From Lama guanicoe (Eukaryota): a DNA stretch of 64,000 bases. This document shows positions 37,500 through 49,540 of this stretch, one piece after another (within the stretch, counting starts at the first letter, position 1; every line of letters begins with the position of its first letter). A model generated the notes under the pieces. The model saw nothing but the letters and a program-made list of their open reading frames with translations. It was not told where the DNA came from and did no database searches. The stretch is from the NCBI GenBank assembly GCA_013239625.1, contig MU053994.1, positions 4,507,434-4,571,433 of the forward strand, read 5' to 3'. A program made the position numbers and the translations under genes.

Positions 37500-38580
37500 A
37501 GATCAGATATTTAAATATAAAATATGAAATTATATAAATACTGAATAAAATATGGGTAGATTTCCTTGTAACCTGGGAATAGAAAAACTTCCTTAATTAT
37601 AATTCAAAATTCAGAAGCAATGAAAGAAAGGATTGATAAATTTTATCACATTAAACTTTTTTTTGCATGGCAAAAAGCACACTAATCAAAAGTAAAAGGC
37701 AAACTGGGAAAATATGTTTGTGATTCATATCACAGAAAAAAAAAAGACTACTGGCTCTAATATACAAAGAGAGTCTAAAACAGAGCAGAAAAGGCCAACA
37801 ATATGAAAGACAAGTGGATAAAAGATATGGCCTTAAGCTCACCAAACAAATAAAAAATAGATTTTAAACATGTAAACATAGACTCTGTCTTGCTTGTTAT
37901 ATAAGAATTGTTAATTAAAACTAGAGTGAGATACAGAGAACAAACTAGAGGTTACCAGTGGGAAGAGAGGGAAGAGGGGAGAGGCAATAAAGGGGAATAA
38001 AAGGTATAAAGTATTAGGTATAAAATAAGCTACAAGGACATATTGTACAACACAGGGAATACAGCCAATATTTTATATTAACTATAAATGGAGTATAACT
38101 TTTAAAACTGTGAATCACTATATTGTACACCTGTAACTTATTTAATATTGTACAGCAACTATACTTCAATTAAAAAAAACTACAGTGAGATGGTATTTCT
38201 TACCTATTAGTCACAAAAATCCGAAAAAATGTAATAACACATTCCACTGGCAAAGTTACAGAGAAACGATTATAATCATATATTACTGGTGGGGATGCAA
38301 AATAATACAATTCCTACGGAGGTGAATTTGACAAGATCAAAAAAAATTTACCTTTGCTTCTACCTGAAATCCCAGCAAGGTTACTGCTATCCAAAGATAT
38401 GCTCTCAAATATCTGAAATTACTTATGCATATGATCATTATTTACATTATTCATAATAGAAAAATTACAGACATAATTCATATTACTATCATTAGGGGAC
38501 TGATTTAATAACTAGAATACTATACAGCCATAAAATGAATGTGGAAAATCATTTTATACTGATATGGAGTGAATTTCCAG
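37500..38580 (+). mobile_element. Ancient L1 ORF2 3' fragment
   Basis: aaaggcaaactgggaaaatatgtttg; catattactggtggggatgcaaaat; gaatactatacagccataaaatgaatg. Confidence 0.7.
37933..38175 (+). mobile_element. Short L1 3'-end insertion
   Basis: acagagaacaaactagaggttaccagtggg...caactatacttcaattaaaa. 16-bp TSD aaaacta(g/c)agtgagat at 37917-37932 and 38176-38191. Confidence 0.9.
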
Positions 38581-40349
38581 ATTGATGATTAGTTCTGTAC
38601 CACATGTTTAGTATCCTACTATCTCTCCCCCCATCCCCAACCACCAAAGCAATGGATCTTTGCATGAACCCTGGGTAAAAGATGATTTCCTGCCCTTCTA
38701 TCAAAGCTTAAGACTTTCGCTTCACATGAGAGAAGGGTCTCTCTCAAATTGAGTGGTGTTTCATGCCCATACTCTCAGGTCTCCTGCCCTTCCCCAAACC
38801 TTTCTCATGGGTACCTGGCAGAGGCCCATGGAAAAGAGACTGGAAGGAACAGGGCTCTGAGATAGTCTATACTGTCACACTATCCTACAGTTGGTCTTCT
38901 GGAATTTGTCAAAATTTTAGCCATCTTCTCACTTTTTCTTTTTGTAGGACACCTCATCTTTTGATGCTCTGCCAAGGTGAAGCAGTCAGTATGTATCTCT
39001 TTCCTCTTTTCCATGTTACCCTTGGAAATTTATTTTACTTGCTCATTGGTTACCTTGAGACCTTCCACTGTATGGGAAGCTCAGGAAAAGTTAGGATTCT
39101 GTAGATTATCTTGTTATTGTTGTTGTTTTCCTATTACAGTGGGAGAGGCTTTCTACATCCTTAGCACTGGCATGGAATCGTTAGAAGATGATACAAAATG
39201 ATAAGGTAAGGCTAGTCCTTCATATATACTATTTGCCCTCAGTTATCCCCCTAAAGTCTCTCTGAATGGGGAGTAATCATTGAATTTTTGTAAAACATGG
39301 CATATAAATATTACTGAAATATTCACGTCTTGGGAAGTAAAATACATTGATAGGAATCAGATATTTTTATCATGCAGAAAGCAGACCTCTGAACAAACGG
39401 GACTTAGGGGTATTAAAATTTGTATATGGGGAGATCAGAAGAGGTCTAGGGTATAAGAAGTTCAAATGGAAACGCCCTATGTAGTCCTTAGTGCACTGAT
39501 GATTCAGAAAAAAATGGAATGTGCCGAAGGTAGAGTGATGGAATGGGACATTTTTCATCCTGCCTCTGCTTCTCCTTGTTCCTTAACCTTCATAACTCCC
39601 TTAAGCACAAAAGCAACTTAAACACATATAGGAGGAAGGAATCACAGCCATTCATTGAAGTCTTGCCCCCAGAACATTCTTATGGCCACTGTGGAGTAAA
39701 TCAGACCCCACCTTGAGAACTGATGTTCCCTATGAACAGAATATTGTGATCTAAGCCAATGAACGTATAGGGTGGAGGGATTCTGCTCTGTTCTAAGCTG
39801 TAGGATATGTATTCTTTTCTGACATCAATTTTCCTTACAGAACAGATGATTCTTTATATTCATTAAAAGTTGTCTATAAAACAGCCCTGTCTTAGCACTT
39901 GCACTATGTGTCTAATGGTGCAATTAAGGAAGAAATGGAAGCAGGAATAGCTCCAAGGTATTATTGAGGGAAAATTGAAACGAAAGGTTTTTAAAATACA
40001 AGATTTGATCAATTAAACCAATCTTCTCACTGAAAAATACTAAAAACAAAACAAACTGAAAAAGTAGGCAAAATATAAGCAAGTAAATAAACCAAACAGC
40101 AGACAACAAACATCATTTAAGAAACATAAATGTACTAACAAGATAGTAAGGAGTTACTGAGCCAAGACAAGGAAAGGACTGGAGATCAGAGAGATGAGCC
40201 TGAACTGTGACGTACCAATTCCACTCCTAGTACACTGTACATATATGTGTGCTCTATTGTCCATCAACAGAAGACTGGATAAATAAACTGTGGTGTAGTT
40301 ATACAATGAAAAGGCACAGCAATTGAAATAGTTTAACTACAGCTAAATG

Positions 40350-40554
40350 CTCTGGTGCTCTGGTTAATGTTTAACAACTGGCTTTCTGAAAGAAAAAGCT
40401 CGTGTTTATTGCATTTTCCAGTTTTCATGGTGTAAATGCTCTTACTTTGACTAACTTCACATTACCAATGTAATGACATTGAACATGTGACTGAGAAAAG
40501 ACACATCCGATCAGCTCTCATGAGCTGGTAAGCACCAGCTCCAGGATACCACTG
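40350..40554 (-). mobile_element. MER63-like hAT MITE inside an L1ME 3' fragment
   Basis: Imperfect TIRs ctctggtgctctgg / ccaggataccactg. 8-bp TSD gctaaatg (40342-40349) / cctaaatg (40555-40562). Confidence 0.85.
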
Positions 40555-41679
40555 CCTAAATGCAGCAATATCGATGAATTTGACACATATTAATGTTGAG
40601 TATAAAAATCAAGAAAGAAGAAAATTCATATAGTATAATTCTACTAATACAAAAGTCTAAACAGGCAAAACTAAAGAAAAAACCTATTTTTTAAAAAGGT
40701 AAAAAAATATATAGGTGATAAAACTCTAAAGGCAAGAGATAAAGAAACATTAAAAGAGACAGGATGTTAATTCACCTGTGAGGTGGGGTGAGGGGGGTTG
40801 AAGAATAGATTGTGATCTGGAAGCAGCACACAGGAAGATTCTGACAAGTTTCTATTTCTTGACCGGTGGAGTGTTTACAGTGTTTGTTTTACAGCAAGTT
40901 GTTAAATCGTATATTTAGGTTTTATGCAATTTTCTCTCTGGTATATTGTACAATATTTTTAAATGATGAAAGGCATTCTTTTGTCAAAGGGGTGCTATAA
41001 AGACTCAAGGAGCTTTTCTAAACACTATCAAGAGGGCTAGGAAATGACTCTCGTAATTTAAGTCACTTAAGGGATCCTCTCAACTAAATTTCTTCAGATT
41101 CCCACAACGTACATGAAAACTGCCAAAGTTAATGGTAAATTTCTTATAAAACAAAAAGAAACAGAAAACAAAAGTCAAAACATCATATTTACTTCCAGAG
41201 TTAGATGTTATAATGTAGATACATTTTTACTTTATATCTGTGTCTCAACTCTAGAGGAAAAAACACCTCTTCTGTCATCATTCATTTATTCTTTTTTTCA
41301 TAATTAAAAGGAAAATTTTCTACAGATAGCATAAACGATTCAAATAACACAAAAAAAGTTCTAAAAGTGAAAATTGAAACATATCCCCTCAAGTCCTACT
41401 CCATCACTGTCTACCTTGTTTTAAGCTTTTGAGGAACTTAATACTAACTCAGATGATCTTATCTGTGTTCCTGTTTAGTCTTTATCGTTCTCATTAGAGT
41501 GTAAGCACCTTGGGGTGGGGTTAGGATAGCTCATTCACCATTGTATTATTGCTTTTTGTATTAGTGCTTAGAATATTATACTGTATTAGAATAGAATACT
41601 GGTAGATCACAGTTGATCTTCAATAAACTCTTCTGGAAAGAAAACAAGAATGAATGGAAAACTCATCTAAGAAATCATT

Positions 41680-43345
41680 CCATATTAGCGCACCCACATT
41701 TAACTCATTCTCTTAATGCTGCCAAGTATTCCAGCATGTGTTGGGTCATTAAGATTATTTTTGGACATTTCCTTTTAGAATCGATGCTGCAGTGGACATG
41801 TTTAGGATATTTCTGAGATTTTATGCAGGGTAAATCTGGTGCTGAGGGTGCTGAAATTGTTGAATTAAAGGATAAATGCATTTTAAATGCTTAGAAATAT
41901 TGTTCAATTGCCCTGCAAGAAGTTACACCAATTTATACTTCACCAGCAAATGATAAGAATGAATATTTCCCAACACTTCAAGAGGCTGGATAAACTCCAA
42001 TGTTGGCAAACTGATAAATGAAGAAGTGGTTTTGTTTTGTTGTTCTTTTCAATTTGTGAGTGAGATTAAATATCTTTTCAGATGTTCATTGGTCATTAGT
42101 AAATCTTTTACCATCATATGCTCCTTTACATTCTTTGCTCATTTTTCAATAGAACAATTCATGTTTTTCCTATTGTTAGAACTTCTTATGTGTTAATGAA
42201 GTAGGTCCTTCAGCTAGTATATATACTACAACTCCTCCCCAGTCTTTATTTGCCTTTATTTTTCTCTCATTTAAGAATTTATTGTGGCAAAATAATCAGA
42301 AATGCTAGTAATGATTCATTCAGAAAGATAATAATCTCAAAATAATATTAGATTAAAAATTGACTGGCAGCTGAGTGGTGTATTTCTGGCATATCCACAC
42401 AGATAATTCTACGAAGCCAGTAAAAAATTTACATTCTTAAAGATTCAATGATAATTATTTGCCTTTACTTTTATTTGACTTTACTTTCCAAACCAAAGTA
42501 TTAATTTTTATGTGGTCAAATTTCTCAGTCTTTTGCTTCTTCTGTGTGTGTTTGTTGGGGGTGGTTGTGGGAGTTTGTGCTTAGGAAAGTATTCCCTAGA
42601 TTATTTATATTTTCTTCTAGTGTTTTTTTTCTAAATTTTATGCACACAAAATGTGATACATCAGAAATTAATATTTTCCTAAGACATGATGTAGGGATCC
42701 GATTTTATGATTTGGAAATGGATAGCCAAGTATACTGCTACCATCACTTACTGAATAAAATGCTATTTCCCCACAGATTTGAAGTGCCTTTGTTATCAGC
42801 TATTAATACTCATATTATTTAGGTTTATTTCCAGGCTCTTTAGTCTGTCCCTTTGAGTTGTTTACCTATTCTTTTTGAAAGTTTCAATTACAAAGCCTTT
42901 ATATTATGTTTTAACATGTGGTGCATCTTATCTACTCTTTTTAATCCTCTTTATCCCTATTTTCTTAACTGAAATCTCATGTTTGTATTTCCAGACTGTT
43001 AAGAGTTTCAGTTTATAAAATTTAAATTAGAATTAGAATCATATTGAAGGGAGAAAAAAAAGGTTTGAAAACAGTGTATAATGAATAATAGAAGAGCAGA
43101 ATCATATTGAATTTATAGATTAATTTTCTTTCCAGTATCGAATGATTGAACAAATGTTTATTTAATGCCTTCTGTAAAAGTTCTACATTTTCTTTATACA
43201 AATCTTACCCTTTTTCTTTTGGTTTGGCTTATTCTTGGGTAATACAATTGTTTTGTTGTTGTATATTGGATCTTTCCTTATATATTTTGTTTATTTTTTG
43301 TAGGTAAGAATATTGTTAATTTTTATAATTAACTTTGCAACCATC
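41680..43345 (-). mobile_element. Ancient L1 (L1ME-like)
   Basis: caattgccctgcaagaagttacaccaatttatacttcaccagc; ccatcacttactgaataaaatgctatttccccacagatttgaagtgcc. Confidence 0.75.
42259..42454 (-). pseudogene. Retroposed 3' end of an unidentified polyadenylated transcript
   Basis: Interrupts the L1. 13-bp TSD ttatttgccttta at 42246-42258 and 42455-42467. Minus-strand AATAAA at 42278-42283, about 15 nt before an A run (42259-42263). Confidence 0.7.
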
Positions 43346-45589
43346 TTCAATTATGCAGAAGTAAGAAGTACAAGAAACTAATGATTTAATGTATTAAAAT
43401 GGTCTGTAGAAACTAGATCATAAAGATAATTACTAGATATTAACAAGCCATTCTGTTTAAAACAGTGAAGGAGTATCACCACATTGGAAATAAAAACTGT
43501 TGCCACCAGGATTTGTGTCCTTCATATGAGGACGGTAATTAAGTTAGAACTAAAAAAAAAAAAAAGCATAAAGTAGCAAAGAGATTCTAGAAATGATCAA
43601 CCCTACCTTCCACCTATCAGAGGGATTCTGTCTGAAAAAGTTCATCCTTACAACAAATAGATAACTATTCCTTTTCTACGAACACTTCTTGACACGGAGA
43701 GCACACCATCTTCTGAAGATCTCCTTAGTGCAAAGCTCCTGCTTAACAAAGTTAGAAAGAGCTAAAATATGGTGTCTTCACTCCATTGGTCCTGGGTCTG
43801 TTTTCTGAGAGTACACAGAAGAAGCACACATTCTCTTCAATACTAGCCCTTCTTACGTCTGAAGAACAATATTATGTTTGACTTCAGGCTTCCTAGAGAA
43901 ACCTGCCCAGCTTCTTCACCCTTGCCCCATATGACAGTATTTTCAGACCTTTTGAGTCTTTTGCCACTTCTGTGGAATACCAAATTTCTTCCATATGTTA
44001 GAGAAATTTTCCCAGCATTACCTCTGTAGACACTAAGACAGTAGCTTTTTTAGTACCCAGGGACTGCAAAAAACTACATTTCCATGCTAATTCAAATCTT
44101 AAGGCTCCGATAACCTCTAATTGTGTAGTGAATATTCATAAACATTTGCACTCTGTTCAGTATAATGCAATGAGATTTTAAAATTCATTTTTATTCTCCA
44201 GTGGGAAGCAGCTCCAGAAATTTAGGAACTAGTCCACCAGAGTGGACACGATTTATGAGTAACAGTCCTAAATTGCTTGGATGTTTGTCATGTCTGAGCT
44301 GAAAAATGCAAATGAACGTGTTGCTAGTTCCATAAATCTGGTGCAGGAATATTTTATATTTGCATTGAGAAAAACATCTTTTACTTAAAAAAAAAAAGTC
44401 AGCACAGAATAAGACTAGATGCTTGCTCCAGAAGGAAACAAAGACACAGCAATAGCAAAAAAAAACAAACAAACAAAAAACTCTCAGTTTACTGCTTTTC
44501 ATATATTCTTATTGGTAATTCAATATTGAAAGGCAGTACATGTGACTGCTAACCTTCAGAAAGATCAAAGAAAATAATTTTTCTTTTTCTTTAGATAAAA
44601 ATCTATCAAGTCACTAAAATATCATTACCAGCCTTTCAGTATTTACTGCACAGTGATTATGCTACATACCCTAAAATATGGCAACTCTTACAGACATTCC
44701 AAAGGAAATATAAAGTAATATTCTTGAATTGTTTCCTCTAAAAAATGTCTTGATCAAAATATACAAATTAATGTACTGTCTTCTGTACCAGGAGGAAAAA
44801 CAAAATCTAAATTCAATACTGATAAGAAATGATGTTCCAACTAGTTTCTGAGTAATGAACACCAGACAAAGAAAGGAGAAAATGCCCAAGTGCTCTTTTT
44901 TTTAAAAAATACACTGTGAAATAGTTTTCATCAGTAGTACAGCATGAACCGATGCAAATATAAAAATGACTCTTTCTTGAATGGAAAGAACAGGTCCAAT
45001 CTTTTTTGTGTTGTCATTAAATTAATCTGCATATTCACCTTTCTTCAGGATGCTTCTGTGTGTAACTACTAAACTGATTGGACCACTAATTACAGACTGA
45101 ACATTCCTGCTAAAATATGTGCCATTTTCACCCAAAACAGGATGTTAGAGCAGTATATTTTAACTAACGTTATTCTGCAGGATGCAGATAAGAACATTTT
45201 GGTCTTTTAACAGTTCTTTACAGTTTACCAGTTCTTTTCACTGGTATTAAGATGAAAGCATGGCAAGTAGGGTCTCCTGTATAGGATGAACATCACCGAT
45301 GTCGGTCACTTGAGGAAGGGGTGTGTCCTGGAAGAAGAACCGCCTTAGAAAGAGAGCAGTAGTGCCTCCTATTGCTTTTTCAGATTGCTCAGGACCTTAG
45401 AGGATGTTCCAAAGCAAAAGGAAAAAGACGGCACCTGACATGTGAAGTGACTTGCCCAAGTAGGAAAAATAAAGATCAAGACAAATAAGCCTCCCTGTAC
45501 AAGCAGTTTGTCCGTTGTATGTTTCTCCCAGGGGATTACTTCGCTTTCCATGATCTGAATAAAGTCGTGGATCAGGTAGAGTCATTCTT

Positions 45590-45775
45590 ACAAAGATGGA
45601 CCCTGAAGTCACACTGCCTGGGTGGGGTGGGATCCTGGCTTGGCACTTCTTAGCTGGGTAAACTTCTACAAGTCTCTTCACCATCCTGTGCCTCAGTTTC
45701 TTGATAATTATAGTACCTACTCCACAGGTTTCTATGAGGATTCAATAAGTTAATATACATAAAGTGCTTCTATAG
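45590..45775. mobile_element. MIR SINE
   Basis: ctgtgcctcagtttcttgataattatagtacctactccacagg...gaggattcaataagttaatatacataaagtgctt. Confidence 0.75.
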
Positions 45776-47794
45776 TATTTACCATGTGCCAGGCATTGTT
45801 CTAAGGTTTCATCTTAATCTCAAGTGTGATTTGCACCATTTGGGAAGAGGCATGAGTTCACTTCTGGGAGAAGAACACCCCCTTACGTCAGCACATTTAC
45901 AGTAGGAATTGGTGAGACCCCAGTGGGAAGGTGAATATTAGAGGAAAATGTTGGTACTACAAAGTTCATCTTTTCCTTTTCAAGTGGAGATTCTCTCTCC
46001 GTTGCTGAAGTTAGAAATAGAGGGCTTTAATTATATCAGAAAGACACTGGGTTTCCCTATAAGCTCTCAATGTAGTAAAAATGTATCAAGTATCTGTTAT
46101 GTGCTGGACAGTATGCCAGGTACTAGAAACACACAATAGGCTCCTTGGGGACATTTAATAAGGCCACAAGCGTCTACAAGGCAGGAACTAGGTTTTATTC
46201 TTTTTTTTGTATTCTGCATAGTACTTTACTCATAAAAGAAGAATAATAAATATCTTGAAAGTTTAACATAGCATTTAAGTAGAAATTGACAAATGTATGA
46301 ACATTTTGTTTACGGGCATCAATTATTTACACTGACATTCTAGAAATATATGTCCCTGTGACTCAATTGGAGAAATATGATGACTGAATAAATTCAGTTC
46401 TTCAAAGATGTCAAGAGTCTGTTTAGCTGACAAATACGAGCCTCTGCTAGACCTCTGTGTTTTGGCATACCCCCGCCCCACCCCCTGCCACCACCAGCTG
46501 GCACCCATCTGCAGGCTTAGCTCAATTCCAACATGAGTTTGGAACTGGTTGAGCTGCTCAAGTTCCACATCAAATGGAGTTCACTATCAGGAAAAAGTCA
46601 ATAACCAGATCCCTGCACTGTTCCCTTTGCTTCACGAGCTGTAATTCTCTGCCCTGTCTTCCGGTTTAGAGAATGGGATTCTTCACCGGTTTTGTTCCAT
46701 CAGTCTGTTGAGCTTGAGACCCTATTTGATGCTTGCAGTTCCCCTTTTCTAAGTAGGGGACAATTGAACGTTAACACAGAAACCTCTGGCCCCCGATTTC
46801 TAATGGTCAACTTGCCTCTCTACCTGACCGTCCAAGGTACGGCCAGGACTCTGGGACATGCTGTTCTCTCTGCTTGTTGAACCACTCCTTCTCACCGCAG
46901 CCTTCCACTCAGGTCCAACACCTCATACCCACCACGACAAACCAGGCATTGAAAACAGATTGCCATTGCCCTTGAACACCATACTTGCCACCACCAGGTC
47001 TGAGCCTGTGTGGTCAATTCCTGCCCCTGCCTATAGTAACCATTTTGAGGAGTAGCCCACAATACTTCCAGGAAATACCAACATATGATGACATACATGA
47101 TTTTTCCTTTGTAAATGGATATCATTGTACCTTGCAAGAATTCTTATTTCTTTAGGCAACAACAAAGCAAAGCAAATATTTACCAGTGAAGGATGAAAAA
47201 TGGTGGACAAGTACATCCTCTGGAAGCACCCATTCTGAAGCATGTTCCACAGTTTCTAAGAGGGCTCCCCAGTGAGTCTGACAATCCAGTTGCTCACAAA
47301 TGTGAGTCCCTCAATAATGCACTCTTATTTTGTGCTTCTAGGGATCAACTCCCAAACAAACTGCCTGCATCCAAGTCCTTGTCTCAGAATCTGTTCAAAG
47401 AAACTCAAACTAAGATATCTCTCAAATTATGCCAAACCCGAATTATCTGGTTTCCTTCAAGATAACATATCTGAAGAGACTTTCCTGATGACAGTTTTAG
47501 GGGACAGCACAAACAAATCCTCTTTCAGGATGACTGGAATGCTCAAATTTCAATATAGTCCACACCAGCAGTATTCTTTATTACAAATAATCAAAACAGA
47601 CTCCTTTTTTTCATCTTTAGCAGAAAATGAATTTATCATAAGAGTACCAAAAGATTACATAATTGATATGAATGTTAGAGAATGCGGCTCAGCCAATACA
47701 CAGGAAATCAAGATGCCATCATAGAAATGTTCTACTTAGATTTTTACCACTGGTGCCAAGGATACTGAACCTGCATCACTATACTGGTGGAATA

Positions 47795-48205
47795 TCACAG
47801 GTTGGGTTCACCATGGGAATTCGCTGAGATGGAGTTCGGGGTAAAAGATGTTTATAGGAGTTAAAAACTGTGATGGGAAAGGAAGCAGGATTGCACAGAA
47901 TAAGAATTGCGATACAGAGCCAGCAAAGCCTCTGCTAACCTGGCTGGAAGCTCGTGAATAAGTATGCTCCAGAAGATGGTCCTGCATTAGGCTCAAGTGG
48001 CTTTCTGCATAGAATCACACTGCTCGGTCACCAGATGTACACTGCCTAGGAAAGGGCGACCTTTGCTGAGATGGCGGTCTGCAGCTGCAGTCGATCCTAA
48101 AGTTGCTGACAACTGGAGGCTATCTGCCGGCCATACTCCCCACTGCTGGGCAGTAAGTCTTTTCTTGAATGGGGACTCCAAGTGACGTATCTCTACGTAT
48201 ACCAC
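47795..48205 (-). mobile_element. LTR33-like solo LTR
   Basis: caggttgggttcaccatgggaattcgctgagatggag...ggaagcaggattgcacagaa...ctggaggctatctgccggccatactccccactgctggg. Confidence 0.75.
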
Positions 48206-48899
48206 ATGGATGCTTATTCTGCCACACCCTCCAATATAATTTATAAATGGCCTGCACCAGTGTATCACCTTTCAAGATGCAAAGTTTTAGGAGAGAATAG
48301 TTGATTGACTATGCTTCTGTAATAGACCCAGAGTAGACAGGGAAGGGAACTCCTTTTCCTTTTTAGGTTTCAATAGTGGCAACTGGGCTTCTATCACCTA
48401 CCTCGTTTGGATTCATCCTAAATAGGAAGGGAGTTCAGAATCTGGGCCATCAAAATTACAATGGCCTGCTTCAGTCCCCACTTTTGAATGTCCAATATCT
48501 CTATCCCTATACACTTTCTCCTCCCTCCCTCCCTTTCTTCCTTGATTCCTTCCTTCCTCCCTCCCTCCCTTCCTTTCTTCCCCATATTTTCACTACCAAA
48601 GGAAACCAATGCCTCATCTAACACAATGCATCTCTCTCTTTTCCAGCTGAAAACGCATTCACTTCAGTTACTGCTTCCTTCTCAACCAGATCTCTAGTGA
48701 TATGCATGTTCTGGTATAGTTCAACTATAAACTTAATTCCAAAAGAACTGCTAACAAACACTCCACGACAGAGAAGAACATGAGTAAAGAAAAGTGAATT
48801 TAGTTAAAACCTTTAAATGTATACAATGAAGAAAGATGAGTAAATGTTATAATCCTTATTTTTGCAAGTCCTCATGAGGTCATGGTTGAGATTTATGAC

Positions 48900-49540
48900 T
48901 TATTTTCTCCACTAGTTATTTTTGGTGTCCATTGTCTTCAGCCTCCTCTTATCTCTACCCTTGTCTCTAGCTACTCTTTCCCAGTGGGAGAACTTATTCA
49001 AGCCCATGGCCTCAACTAGCACTAAATATCAATACTCCTCAATCTCCAACCTAAGGCTCTCTCTTTTTCCCTCTGCCCATATTTATATTTCCTTCCTAGA
49101 GAACTTCAGCTGAAGGCTGTCCCTTCACCAGACACCTAAATCTCAGCTTGCCCAAAACTCATCATTCTTCATTCCAAGCCACAACCAAAAAATCTTCTTC
49201 CTATATTCCATGACCAAGACTTTTGGCCAGAAGTCATACTGGCACTCCTTCTCTATTCATTTTCCACTTTAACATCCTACTGGGGACAGATTTGTAAATT
49301 CTACTTTTTTAGGTACTTCCCAACATCCCCCCCACCTTTACCATTCCTACCACCACTCTTTTAGATCAGCTCTCAACCTTTCTCAGTAGAGCAGTTATAG
49401 TCGTGTAGGAAGGAATTATTCTTCCCAAGAATCATTCTCTTTTAGTATATTCTCAACTCCTCTGTCAGGGCAAATTTATAAAATGTAAAGTATCAGGCCT
49501 CCAGGGCTCCCCATTGCCCTCACGGTTAAGTCCAAGCTCT
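48900..49540. mobile_element. L2 LINE fragments
   Basis: Pyrimidine-rich L2-like sequence (cacctaaatctcagcttgcccaaaactcatc; gggctccccattgccctcacggttaagtccaagctc). Confidence 0.6.

Noticed and set aside
47272..47724. 150-aa ORF
   Set aside because: Non-ATG start, spans old LTR fragments, and has no homology that I can recognise.
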